Counted from the first letter of the whole stretch, positions 23,801 to 36,500 are shown. The stretch is DNA of 63,992 nt, filler included, from Ministeria vibrans ATCC 50519 (GCA_943704425.1; 8 parts of 7 records of this genome joined end to end with filler, not necessarily neighbours in it); one strand, 5' to 3'. Notes: generated from the sequence alone by a model not told the origin. Numbers and translations: made by a program.

Positions 23801-26800
23801 TACGAGAAGAAATTGCGTCTCTCTTTGACCTTTGTTGTCAATGCGAGACTGCGTGTCTGCCAGAGGCATTGCCAGATGCATGACAATGCCGAGTGGCGAG
23901 AAATCCGTTTCTATTGAGTATAATATTTTGAATAGGAGTGAACTTGAAATTTTTGTGTCAGTTGTTCACACACGTTCACCGCCAAAGGCGCTCCTCTCTC
24001 TCCACCCCCTGCATAGCTACCGTAGGGTCTATCCACATGCTTTCCGTGCGGCGTGAAGGCGGTTCTTTCCCCAAAACGGCGTTGCATCGTCGTCGCAACG
24101 TTGAATAATCGGTTTTCAACTCATCCGTTGCTTGTCCTTGATCAAACTCCACGTCCACACGTCGCACAGCGCGCACGCACGGTCGAACCAACACTCCTGT
24201 AACACAGGCAAGAATACACTTGAGTGGTATGGGAGAATTCAGGTTTGGGGTCGAGTGAGCGGAGGCAGAAAGGGCGCAGGGATATATGGCGCTTGATAGC
24301 GATCTCAAACTCTGAGGGCGCGCCGATTTTCACGGTCAGTTTTGTCCTTTTCACCAAATCCAGAGAAGAGAGAAGAGCCGGCCGCACCCCACGCACTGTC
24401 GTATCCATTTCCACAAAGTATGCAACGCATGGTTTCATTCTGTACGACGCCCCTCATCTTGTGCCGCGTCGATGCGTTTCATTACGATCGGCGTGGATTC
24501 TTTTGCTGCCGCCCAAATCACCTTCTTTTTGTTGTGACACTCTTGTGCGGTTTATTCCAACGTTCCTCAACACGGCGCCGATCAGAAGACGTATTGCTTA
24601 TTTTTATTTTTTTTTTATTTTTCGTTTGTTTTATTTTCATACTAATAATAATAACAATCATGATAATAATAATGGAAGAAGAAGAAAAACACAACCCATT
24701 TATTTATGATACAGTCAACAGTCACTACGCAAAGACACAGCCAGACCGCCTTGCAAACTCAACCGAAACTCTAGAGGTAAATATATAAATATTGTTGTAT
24801 TCTTCTTCTTCGATAATAATACTCATTATTTTCTTTATTGCTTTAATGCTTTATTAATGATACAGTCGGTTATTCGTCTTATTATTCTTACCATTAGTAA
24901 TAATAATTATTATTATTACTTTTATGAAAGTTGTATACTTGTACAGAACTTGTACATAATTCGAATATATATTACAATAGCCAGAGGACACTCAGGACAG
25001 TTCGAGGAAAGTGGCCCGTCATCGCCTGTGAAGGTATAAACACTGAGCAGTGAGCAATCACCATTCGCCGAGGAGTAAGGGAGTGAGTGGAGTCATAACG
25101 GTTCGTTAACGGTAATCGAAAATCGAAAAAGGAATTTTTTATTTTAAAAATCATTTAATTTTTTTTACTCGAAGCTCAAGTGGTTTCACTGGGGTGCCCT
25201 TTGAGAGCCAACTTCAAGCAAGATGGGAAAAAAGTGCAGTCGCACGCGCGACTACACTTGGATTCTTGTCGTTTTGGTGATCTCGATTGGATTGGCCTTG
25301 TCGTTTTTTCTCCTGTTCGACTTGAACCAAAACCAGGCGGACAGGGACAACTCCTCGTTTGCTGGTACCGCGCAGAGCATGGCTACAACCCTCGCGTCGG
25401 AGCTCGCGCTCTCTCGCGCCTCCGTTGGCTTACGTAAGACACAATTCTCATGTTATCCCCAAAAAAAAAAGAAAAAAAAGGCGAGCAGCTGCTTGAACCC
25501 ACTCCGAGTCTCCTCTCAAGTACATGCGTTGATTGCACGCCTGCAACCCCTCTGCCTGGTGCCAGTGGCGTCAAAGAAGCTCCGCAATTTTTGACCGTTT
25601 TCGTTTCACTGTTTCCATATATTCGTTATATTCGCCCTCCTTTTCCCTCCACTGCTACGTCATTGCATTTTATATGCCGCAGCGCCGCATCCGCTGTCAA
25701 AAAAGCCCGCTGTTTTTTCGGGAGTTGCACTTTTTAGTTTCGCTCTTTTTTTTTTCTGCTATCACTCTTCTGACTTTTTATCGCAGTTGCCGGACTGTTT
25801 CGCGCGAGAATCCAGCCGACACCCGAGGAGTTCGAGGTCTTTACAGAACCCATTCTCGAGGGGGGCACAATCCATCTCGTCTCGAGAATCGAAGTGATCA
25901 AACATGCACAACGCAACGCCACTGTGGGACGTGTGCTCGATGCCTATCCGTCCTTGCGCACCGACCCGAACGTCTTCGTGCTTGACTTCAAATATGTCAC
26001 GGCCTTTACGATCCCTCGAGTCGTTGCACCCGAGATTGTACGCCCCAGCTACATCGTCAACACCCTTGTGGCTCCCTTTTTGACCAATACTCGCGCCGTT
26101 CTCTTCAACGTCAACTCCACCGCGTCTCGTCAGGGCGCCCTGAATGCCTCTGCGGCGCTTGCCGAGCCCCGCTCGTCAGCTCTGCTCAGTTTGCCTTTTC
26201 AGGGCGCCATCCAGTACGGCTTCCAATTCATTGTGCCCTACTACAACAGCAGCGACACGTCAGGTGTCTCGCTCACCGTCGAAGAACGCACCGCCACCAT
26301 CGCTGGCTTTGCCAACGCCCTCTTTACCATTCCTAACGTCATCAACAAGGCCCTACGAGTACCCGCAGCCAATTCCATGCGTATCTTTGTCTACGACTAT
26401 CACACAGACGCGCCCGAGCCGGTTCTCATTCACCTTATCGAACCAGGAGGCATCTCTGTCAACGTTGTTGTCGACTATGTCAACGTGGGCCTCCCTGTAC
26501 CCACCCCAGACTACTCCAAAGTTACCTACGAGGCCGCAGTGACCGCCGTTGATCGCGACTGGCGTATTGTCTTTGTCAACGAAGAGTGAGACCTATTCTA
26601 ATTATTTCATGTTTTTTTTTTTAATTTCTTTTCTTGTGTGTCTCTTCTCTCTCGTTTTAGAAACGTCTCCTTCAGCGCAGCGGCCATCGTCGTCTTTGTT
26701 ATTTTAATGCTCTTTACTATTCTTATGATTGTCGTCATTCTGCTCTACCGTCAACTCCGTCGTTCCTACGACCAGACCGCTCGTGTGCTCGCCCAACTCA

Positions 26801-29800
26801 GAGTCCTTTACGACGGTACTTTTTGTTTTGTTTATTTATGCACACACCCTCATTACACCCTCCTCTCTCTCAACGCATTATCACATTCCATATATTTTGC
26901 GTACCCTCAACCCATCTGTGTTTACTCAATCTATGTCTCAACACACACATTCACCACAAAGACGCACACTACACCAGAAAGACACACACCACACCCACAA
27001 AGACACACATACACCACAAAGACACACACATACACCACAAAGACACACACATTACACCACAAAGACACACATACACATACACCACAAAGACACACATACA
27101 CCACAAAGACACACACATTACACCACAAAGACACACATACACATACATGTACGCGCGCATGTACGCACGCACACACACACACACTCACGCACTGACTCAT
27201 CAGTTCGATTTTGCCGCACGCACGCTCACTCTTGTGTTTTTTTCATTCAGGCGCCCCTGTGGGAATGGCATTTGTGGACCGACAAAATCGCTTTGCCAAC
27301 ATCAACGCCATCTCAGCGGCCCTCGACTGCGCATCCGTCGAAGATCACCTGGGCCAGAAAATTGACGCGGTGGGCACAGCGGCGTTCGCCGCAATGGCAG
27401 GAGAGAGAATTGAATATGTCTTCACGACTGGCGACACGATTCGCGACGCAGAAGTCGTCACGACACTGCCACCACTCCACTCAGCACAACAAGTACCCTA
27501 TGGCAATCAGACCGGCGAAGGTGACGACAGTGCTCCCGTTGCCATGACTATTGTACAGCTCGACGACGACGACGACCAGTACCTCGACGACAACAACTCG
27601 GACCCCAATGTGATTCCAATGCGTACACTTGAATCGCTTGAGTCGCCACCGCCACGCACCGCCACCTACCTCATGTCGTTGTACCCCGTCTTCTTTACCA
27701 AGGACGCCGAGGCACACTCCTCTCACTCCCATTCCCACTCTTCGCAGCAGCGCCTCAAAAACAACCCCGATTGTCGTGGCAGCCAGGCTCACATCGCTCT
27801 CCCCGACGGCGTCAGTATTGTGCTCAAGGACGTTAGTGATCTGAGTCAGGAGCGCAACAAGGCCCGCGAACACGACGAGTCCAAGACACTCTTTCTTGCG
27901 CGCATGTCCCACGAAATCCGCACCCCTCTCAACGGCATTTTGGGCGCCATTGACATTTTGCTCAGCTCACAAAGGGAGCAACAGCTCACGCTGGACCAGC
28001 AAAGTCTTGTTGGCGTGATCAATCACTGCTCACGCATGCTCATGACGCTCATTAACGACATTTTGGACACGAGCAAGATGGAGGCAGACAAACTGCAGCT
28101 CAACCTGCAGCCCGACGTCGTCGTTAACCACATTGTATTCAGCGTTGACATGTGTCAGCCGCTCGACGACGTCTCCCTCGCCATTTTTGTCGACCTCAAC
28201 ACATCTGATGCACTTGTGATGTGTGATGGCACTCGCGTCTCCCAGATCATTTTTAATCTTGTCTCAAACGCAGTCAAGTTCACCAAACGCGGTCATGTTC
28301 ATGTCGCCCTCTCAAGTGTCACCTCTGACAACAACTCACAAATCACTTACCGCATTGAAGTATTAGACACGGGCGAAGGTATGTTTAAAATTGTCCGTGC
28401 GATTTGTTTTTGAGCTCACTTTGTTGATTTCTCTCTCTCTCTCAAGGAATCGCAAAAGAGAAACTGTCCTCCATCTTTAACCCGTTCGTACAGGAAGATG
28501 AAAGCAACTCGCGCACGTAAGAAGATGTTCTGTTTTTTTTTTCTTCCCTTCTTTTGCTGTGCTGTCGCTTACATTTCTCATTATAACGAATAGACACGGT
28601 GGAGTGGGACTGGGACTGGCGATTGTGTGGCGGCTAGTGCAGCTGATGAATGGAACGATTGAGGTAATGAGTGAGCCGGGCAAAGGATCGACGTTTGTTG
28701 TCACTTTGCCGTGTGCGGTGGTGCCCGAGAGTGAGTCGGCGCGAGCGGCACGACTTCAGAAGACCACTGCTTGGCTGGCTGCTGGATATGAGACGGGTGG
28801 GCAGGGTTTCGCGGGGAGCACTGTCGCTGGGAGTATGGAGAGTGGTGGGAGTTCCGGACATGCGCCACTTGGTGCGGGATCGTTGACTGAGCTGGACGAG
28901 GCCATGGTGGAGCTTGCGTTGGACCAAACGGTACTTGTGGCGCTCAAGGGACAGGAGAGACAGACAGCCGCGCTGAGTGAGTATTTGATGACCAAACAGA
29001 ATACGCTGCGTGTCGACTGTCCTCGTGATGCCAGCGAGCTATTCGAGATAGTCAACTCATCGGCAGCCAAAGAGTACACCATTGTCATTGTCGACGCAGC
29101 CTACTGCGCTGATTTGTTTGAGATGCGTTCCGCCCAGACCGCTACCACGTCTCTCACACCCACGGGAGTGAAGCCACACGACACAACAAAACCTCCGCTG
29201 GCACTGAGTCGCCAAGATTTTGGGACTGAGGCTGTGCTCTTCTGGTGTACCCATCCCAACACGCGCCTCATTGTGACACGCATGATGCAGACCAGTGGCT
29301 TTGATGGTGTCCTCTCAAATGCCTCCGAGCTTGTGCCCGTCATCATGCTGCAGCGCGCCGCACTCATCGTCTCACAAGAGCGCGTCTATACCTCTACTCG
29401 CTCCGAGAGCAGCGGCAACACAGCCTGGTCCGAATCCTCGCATACAACACCGCAAAACAGCTCAAAGCTTGCTGACGAACGCCCCATCTGTCAGGAGAAC
29501 GGTGTGTGTCCCACGTGCAAGCATGTCATGACAACGTCGTACGGCGTCGATGCTGACGGCTCGGAGACATCCCAGCCGTCACGCTCGTCGTCATCGGCCG
29601 AGCGGCTTCTCTCTGAGGCACTCGGCAATCAGCACACGCTAGTGCGCACAACAGCACACAGCTCCGTGTCCCTACCAGCGGTTGATATCGGCGACGACAT
29701 TCGCGTGCGTGTCATGCTTGTTGAGGACAACGTTGTCAACCAGCGCATTGTCTCGGCCATGCTTGCGCGCATTCTCCCGTCTCACGTCATTCTCGACATC

Positions 29801-32800
29801 TGTGACAACGGTCAAATTGGAGTCGACACCTTTCAGAGCAAGTGCATTTCCTCCGAAGTCTATCTTATCATTTTCATGGACGTGCAAATGCCCGTTCTTG
29901 ACGGTATAGTGCTCCCCTCCCATCAATCGTCGTCGAGTTCTAATCATGCTTTGCTTTTTTTTTTGTAGGGTTTGGAGCAGCATCGAAGATTCGTGAGGTG
30001 GAAGCGCAGCGACGGCTGAAGCGAACGCCGATTGTGGCGCTGACGGCGCACGCGATGGCGTCTGATCGCAATGCCTGTCTGATTTCGGGCATGGACGATT
30101 ACCTGACCAAGCCGACATCGATGAAGGAGATTGGGCGTGTGCTCACCTACTTTGATGTGCCTGTAGTCGATTTGGCGGCCAAGGATATGGTGGCCAAGGC
30201 CAAGGGGAAGCTGAAGAAGAAGAAGAAGTCGGGCGCTGGAACGTCACTCAAGAAGAAGCTGTCGTTGCCGGAGACTCAGGCACCCATTCATTTGGTGAGG
30301 AGCACCGAGTCAATAGTCGAAGAGGAGAAGGACTTCGCCGAGACTGTTGTTTAACTTGTAACTATACTATTGTACCTATGAAGATGAGATCATTTTTTTT
30401 TAATTATTAGCGGCGTGTGTTCTGTTGTGGTACAAAATAATTCGTCAACTTTGCAAAAGTTCATTCGAGTACTGCTGGTACATGCAAAAGAAAGAGCCCA
30501 CTCACTAATTTGCCCCAATAGACCTTAGGTTAGGGAAAGTGAAAAGTTTACTCAAGGAGATAAAGATACAGTACAATGAAGAGTAATACAATGCTTGCCA
30601 TAGGCTACTAAGGCTAGCTTCAAGAAGATGATGGAGCACCCATAGGCCTACAGATACCTTAGGTTAATATGATCATTGATAGACAGGTGTTACAGCTTGT
30701 CAGAGCCATAAGCCAGTAAGCCTCCGCTGGGAGTATGGCGTACTATTGCGATTGTCTCACTGGATAGCGATTGCACTCGTGTTTTTGTTGTTGATCCTGT
30801 GGCATGAATCACTCATGAATAAGTATTCACTATATTCAGTTCAACTTCTTCAATAATTTGATCTGTTCTCAATCGTCGCACGTCCCCCCCCCCCCACGCG
30901 TGCGTATCCCCTCCCCCTGCCCCTCCCACCCCACGACCGACGATGACGGAGCGAACCGGCGGCCTTGTCCACCGCAACAAGGGCAAAAGTGCGGCTGCTG
31001 CCAAGCCCGGCAGCGACGACGAAGACCGTCCCGCGTACAGAGACGCCGACGACGAGGTGCCCCCCGCGCCCCCTCCCCCTCGTCTCCATGCCCACCCCCN
31101 NNNNNNNNNGACGTCCTCGTCGCTGGAGGTGCTTGCGGCGCTTGCGCTGGACGACGCAGACTACCAAGAGCACATAAAAAAAGATCCGCGTCGCGTTGTC
31201 AATAACCGAATCTACTCATACAAATGTATACCGTAGTAACGAGCGCCACCACCCGAGGTGTACGCAACTTCCTCGAGTCGATTGGCATTGTCAGCGCTCA
31301 CGTGTAACCCAATGGTGTAGATGGGAACAGGCGAGTTGGCGGTGCCACCTGAAGCATCAAATTAGATAATTATGTTGAACGAAACTCTCACAAATGGTTA
31401 CCATCAATGGTGTCGGGGCCGTAGTAGGGAGCACCCCAGTCGTCCTGATCATTGCCATCGTCCAGACCCTCCCGTCCCAGGGCGTCACCATCAGGGAACT
31501 CGTCGACGTCGTTGTTCTTGTACGAGTTAACGCCCGACGATGTGTCGTCTCCATCGGTTAGGGCCACCTGGGAAGATGCAGACAGTCGAAGAAGAAAAAT
31601 AAAGACAAGATTAGTTTAAGGCAAGTGAGCAAATCTCTTTTGAACATGTGTCACGTCGTACAATGTAGCTTTCGGCCTCGGGACGCCGGTGTACATAGGT
31701 GTAATTGATGCAATCGTGAATAGTGTCAAACAGAGGAGTCCACGTTCTGTAAGTTCAAACGTGTGCATCAGATGTAGTTTCCATTCAAGGTTCAGAAGAA
31801 GAATGAAAAAAGGGGGGGAGGAGAAGGAGAGGAGGGGAAAAAGAAATAAAGTGATAGAGAGCGAGAGAGAAAATACATACTCAATGGCAAAGATGGTGTT
31901 TTGGATTAGATAGACTAGCTGTTCGCGGCCAGACCGCCCCGTTCCGCTCACATCGACATCGTTCATGTACACAAATGGCTGGGCGAGGATCGGAATCGTG
32001 TCAGTCTGGCCTGATCCCGATCCTAAGCCAACGACTGAAACGAGAAGAAGAAGGAAGAGAAAGAAGACAGAGGCAAAGCGTGAGACACACAATCATGATA
32101 CACACAAAAAAACGAGGTGAGAGAGGGCGTTTAAAGTCGTCAAAAGGAAAGTAGATTCGCTGCTACTTCGTTGAGTATTTTTAACAGTGGTTCTTACTGC
32201 TGTCGCCAAATGTGTATAGCGCACACCGATCGTCATCGCCCAAAGTGGAAATCTGAGAAAATAATTGTCTGTCACATACACTGTCACACCCTCCCAAAAA
32301 AAAGTACCATTTCGACAGTGGCGTTTTTGATGGCGACAATGTCGGTGTCAGTGAGCGAACCCGAGTTGTCCAGCATGATTGTCAGGTCTAATACTTGGTT
32401 CTGGCCCTCTTCGCAGGAGCCGCCGTTTTGACAAGGATTTGATGCGCACTTGTCCTCAATGAGACAGTTCGTGCCGCGAAACCCAGTCACGCATTGGCAG
32501 GTGTAGCCGTCGAAGTGGTCGACACAGGTGCCACCGTTGCTGCACGGGTTTGAGTCGCACTCGTTCACCTCAGTCTCGCAGAGCGATCCCTGCAGTAACG
32601 AGAGAGAGAGAGTGGTTGGATGAGAGTCAGTGAGTGAGTTTGGGACTGAAACACGCTGAAGATTCGCTCATAATGGTTGGTTTCAAAGTGAAACACTGGT
32701 TGTAGGGTCACAGCATGGAGTGCAGCGGGGAGCCAGAACACGCGTAGAAGAGTAGGCGCGTGCGTGGCGGGGTTGAAAGAACGACAGTGCGCGTCACACT

Positions 32801-32969
32801 GACCACCTTCAACGTACCGTGTAGGTGTGCGGACAGATGCACGTGAAGAAGAAGATTGTGACTATTCTTCTCCGTCGTCTCGACGCAGAGGAGTCCTCGA
32901 CGCACGTTCCCGCATTTTGACATGGCGAGCTGAGTCAGTGAGAGAAGATATAGAAAAAAAAAAAAAAAG

Positions 32970-33005
<36 letters not shown>

Positions 33006-33617
33006 AAAAGTCCGTTAGAAAGCGCTAGGCACATTCGTTGCTAGATAGACGCGTAGCAGACGGTGTGGATACGCAAGTGGTGGGGGACTGGGAGGGGTAC
33101 GGCGCATCGATTTGCGCGAGTAGAATAGGACGCGGAGATTGACGATGAGGAACAGTGTGAAAATCGGGACAGGCGATTTGACAGGTCAGAAAAAGGGAAA
33201 GAATAGGCATAGGGGCGAACGGAGCGGGGAGAGACGTCAGCCATGAGGGTTGCTTTGGAAGGGAGAGAGAGGCCCCGAAGGACGCCACCAGTGGTTCTCG
33301 GGGATTCAAGTAGACGTCACAAAAGATTAGAGCGGCAGTCTCATGGCGCTGTCGATCGAGGCTGTACCTTGCGCATTCGCCGGTGCGCTTGACACGGTAC
33401 ACGGTTGCGGGGATGTTGAAGGCGTCGTCGATTCCTGAAGAAGGGCGAGGGAGGGGCGGAGAAGGAGACGTGTGTCGCGTCGTGAGTGAAAACGGTCGAC
33501 TGACTACGTTTCGCTCAAACCTGGCATGTAGGCAGGCTCAGCCTCGAACGACTCGCTGGCACATTCGCCCAGCGTTGCCGTCAAGAGGATCGCCAAGAAG
33601 ACAAAGAGGAGCCTCAT
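17885..33617 (-). CDS. Giant secreted/surface EGF-vWA protein (signal peptide, about 35 Notch/fibropellin-type cbEGF repeats, inserted vWA, DUF11-like domains), 3' partial; exons 33617-33521, 33434-33368, 32929-32818, 32589-32308, 32252-32198, 32034-31881, 31746-31662, 31567-31402, 31348-31232, 22732-17885
   Basis: Signal peptide [17 protein letters not shown]. vWA motifs [33 protein letters not shown]. There are 32 complete (D/N)EC.S.PC.N...C repeats in the large exon. Every junction keeps frame, including 31232 to 22732. Confidence 0.82.
22824..23750 (+). CDS. SNRPB: Small nuclear ribonucleoprotein SmB/B'; exons 22824-22913, 23037-23096, 23163-23750 (initiator exon not found)
   Basis: [24 protein letters not shown]|[49 protein letters not shown] and a Pro/Gly/Met-rich tail. 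Confidence 0.95.
25223..30354 (+). CDS. Membrane hybrid histidine kinase: TM-CHASE-TM-PAS-HisKA-HATPase-(degenerate REC)-REC, multi-exon
   Basis: H-box [19 protein letters not shown]-box [15 protein letters not shown]1 DTGEG, G2 GGVGLGLAI, receiver LVEDNVVNQ / [11 protein letters not shown] / [12 protein letters not shown]-like [23 protein letters not shown]-like ectodomain between two TM helices. Confidence 0.9.
26945..27140. repeat. Intronic minisatellite, unit approximately CACATACACCACAAAGACACA
   Basis: Multiple tandem imperfect copies inside an intron of the histidine kinase gene. Confidence 0.85.
30943..31056 (+). CDS. Possible first exon of an unidentified, truncated gene
   Basis: [15 protein letters not shown]...[15 protein letters not shown] followed by GAG|GTG, then an N gap. 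No recognisable family. Confidence 0.3.
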
Positions 33618-33886
33618 TCGCGTTGAGGCTCGATTTGAAAATTGCGGTTTCAAGAATAAGAGAAAAAAAATAATCAAAAATTTGGTGTGTCGTAATTGGC
33701 GATAGATAAGAAAAAATAAGATATCGCTCTCGATGTCAGGGACCGATCTTGTCGGTAGCATTGGCTTCAAAATGAAGCAGTCGACCTGGCTATGTCAAAT
33801 TGTCAATCGCATGCGATGAATCAAGATGTGCGTCAGTTTATTGGTAAAATTGAAATAGGTTTAGTACAAAAAAGAAAATTCGGAGA

Positions 33887-35490
33887 TTAATTGATTCGGC
33901 GGTAGCCACTGGAGCGACGTTGACAGACGCAGATGAGAATGAGGGCAAGAAGAAGGACGCCGCCTCCAACGCTGCACGACACGATGATGATGAGCTTGGT
34001 GTTGGACGAGCGACCTACGCGACAAGGGGTCGGTCAGCTGTACAATGGGAACACAATAGTGCAAAAAAGAGCATCACAATGGTGTACCAGAGGGGTTGAT
34101 GTCGCTGCAGGCAGGTGCAGTCTTCTCAACGAGGAAGAAAACATCGTACTTGCCAACCGAGTGCTGCAGAGTCAACCATGTCAGTGCAAACGTCTAATGT
34201 CATAACAATGCAGAGAAAAAAGTACCTCGCGACATTGACGCGCCTCAAAGGACGTTCTCAAGAAGGAGTAGTCACAGGATGAGTTGGAGTAGAGACTCAG
34301 TGTATACTCTCTGTGCAAACCCAAATAGAAGAGATGAAGAGAAGGAGGGAAAGAATGAACAAGATGTGTGCTTCAAAGAGGAGTGGTGTGACGTTGGTGC
34401 GTTACCCTCGGTCATTGGACAGCGTGTAGTACTGGATTTCGAAGTTGTATCCACGCCAGAGAGTGCAGTTGTCAGTGATCTCCAGAACGGAGAGGGTTCG
34501 ATCGCCGAGTGACTAATATCATATAATTATAATGTGCTCTGGCTCAAACAATTTCTCTGCTTACGTGAAGAGCGCACTTCGATGTACCTCCTACCAGAGG
34601 TCGACTAGCACCAAGCGCGACCTCGTTTTCGAGGGGAAAAGTGACGTACGTCGCAACCTGAACATGTATGGCCATCAAGAAGAAGTCAGAATTCACCGAG
34701 AGAGTGTCTTTTCTAACCTGTGAGTGCGTCATGTTGAGCCCGACGTCGTTGATGGGGCACACTGTGATGTTGTCTAGGCGCCACGAGGACCCATAGATGG
34801 TAGCTAGAGGTGGAATGAAGGAAAAAAAAAGAGAGAGAAAGAGAGAGAGAGGAGGGAGAAAGAAACAAAGTGATAGAGAGAGAGAAGAGTGAGAGACGAC
34901 GAGCGTGCTGGACACACTCACAGGCAAAGTGCGCATTGCACACACCCGAGGCAAAGTTCTTCTTGACAATGGCGCAGTCGGAGCAGTTGCTTTGCTTGCA
35001 GTCAAAGTACAGGTCGTAGAAGGCTCCTTCCGGAGCGTCTGTGTCGTACAAGTTGAAATTTAGGTTTTCTTTCTTTCTCCTTCTTTTTTTTTTTTTTTTC
35101 TTCACGCGACTGAACGAGTATGACTTGTCGACGTACTTGTAGAAGTGTTGGTGGGTAGCTGTGTGAGATAGTAGAAGGTGTCTGCGAGGTTCGGAATGGG
35201 GCGACAAGTGGAATTTGTCGTCGACAAGACAATGGTTTTCAGGGCATCACCTAAAGACGCAGGACGGGGAAGGGAAGAGACAGAGGGGACACGCGGCCAG
35301 CGGGCATGTGAGTATGTAAGTGATCGCATGCCCTGGTGGGAGTCGCACCGCCTGAGGCAACGGGGACGTTGTCGTAGCTGCATTTGGTGTTAGTCTCGCC
35401 CATGTTCGTGTAGAACGACATGAGCATCGATGCAGACGCATCGGCCGCCAGGATCACTCCCAACAAGACAGTCACCTTGAGTAGTGACAT
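33887..35490 (-). CDS. Uncharacterised Cys-containing type I membrane glycoprotein, multi-exon
   Basis: Signal peptide MSLLKVTVLLGVILAADASA, several N-x-S/T sequons, TM LIIIVSCSVGGGVLLALILICVC, tail QRRSSGYRRIN*. Some internal exons were not fully traced. Confidence 0.7.
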
Positions 35491-35576
35491 TTACAACTCA
35501 ATATACGCTTTAAACGAAAATAAATTGTTTGAAACTCCTGACTGATTGCACAATACAACACTTCTCTCTCATTGAC

Positions 35577-36207
35577 TCAGTCAGCAATGTCCAAATCATT
35601 GGTGATATCACAATCTCCAACGTGCACGGGTGACATGACGCGCGTGGCATCAGCAGCCGAGCCCGCCACAAAGACAGTCTTGATCCACATTCGGCCGCGC
35701 TGCATCGTCGCATCGGCACGCACCACGACACGCTGACCCACGCGGATCTGTACCATCTCAGGCTCAGCGGCAGGCTCATCGTGATCTACGTGCGAAGTTC
35801 AATTAGATAGACTTCATCGTGTGTTAGGGAACGGAGGTACTGGCAAGAAAAAGGGTGAGTGCATCACTCTCGGGATCGTGTTCGAAACGTTGGATGCGAG
35901 GAATCTCGGCACAGGGCACGCGACGCTCAAGGCCGACATCAAGGACAACGACGCCAAAGCTACGGTCAAGCACGTCGGTGACGAGAGCGTGGAAGAGGCG
36001 TGTGTCGGGAGCAGGCATGCGCTCGTGCAGCAGCACCCACAGATGGATCTCGCGCGACTTGTCCTGCACCGCCTTGGCGGCCATCTTGCGCGTGTTGCAT
36101 GTCTCTGCAATGCGCGCACAGTCACTGCTAGTGTATTTCGCGGGGGCTCCGCACGATAGTGACTCGGCCAGAAGACGGTGAACAGTCAGATCTGCATACC
36201 GTCGAAT
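35577..36207 (-). CDS. DIS3L2: DIS3L2-like 3'-5' exoribonuclease (RNB end plus S1), last two exons
   Basis: IRRYADLTVHRLL (RNase II/RNB signature), CNTRKMAAKAVQD, VTDVLDRSFGVVVLDVGLERRVPC. Confidence 0.82.
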
Positions 36208-36249
36208 CTAAGAGAGAAACAGAAGTAAATGCGAGATTCAATAACCTTT

Positions 36250-36500
36250 TATTTCTCTTTTTTTCTCTCTCTTTCTCTGTCACTTTGTTTCTCTCTTTCT
36301 CTATCACTTTGTTTCTCTCTCCTTTCTCTCTCTCTCTATCACTTTGTTTCTCCCTCCTGTCTCTCTCTCTATCACTTTGTTTCTCTCTCCTTTCTCTCTC
36401 TATCACGTTGTTTCTCCCTCCTCTCTCTCTCTCTATCACTTTGTTTCTCTCTCTCTCTATCACTTTGTTTCTCTCTGTTTCTCTCTCTCTCTCTATCACT

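Noticed and set aside
23830-24790. Several overlapping 70-160 aa ORFs between SmB and the histidine kinase
   Set aside because: No recognisable motifs and no consistent splice model; treated as intergenic.
25223-30354. Bacterial contamination as the source of the histidine kinase
   Set aside because: The gene is split by several GT-AG introns with the same microsatellite style as its neighbours.
30480-30800. Possible transposon remnant (compositionally distinct stretch; similar at 36880-37170)
   Set aside because: No terminal repeats, target-site duplication or transposase/RT motifs could be identified.
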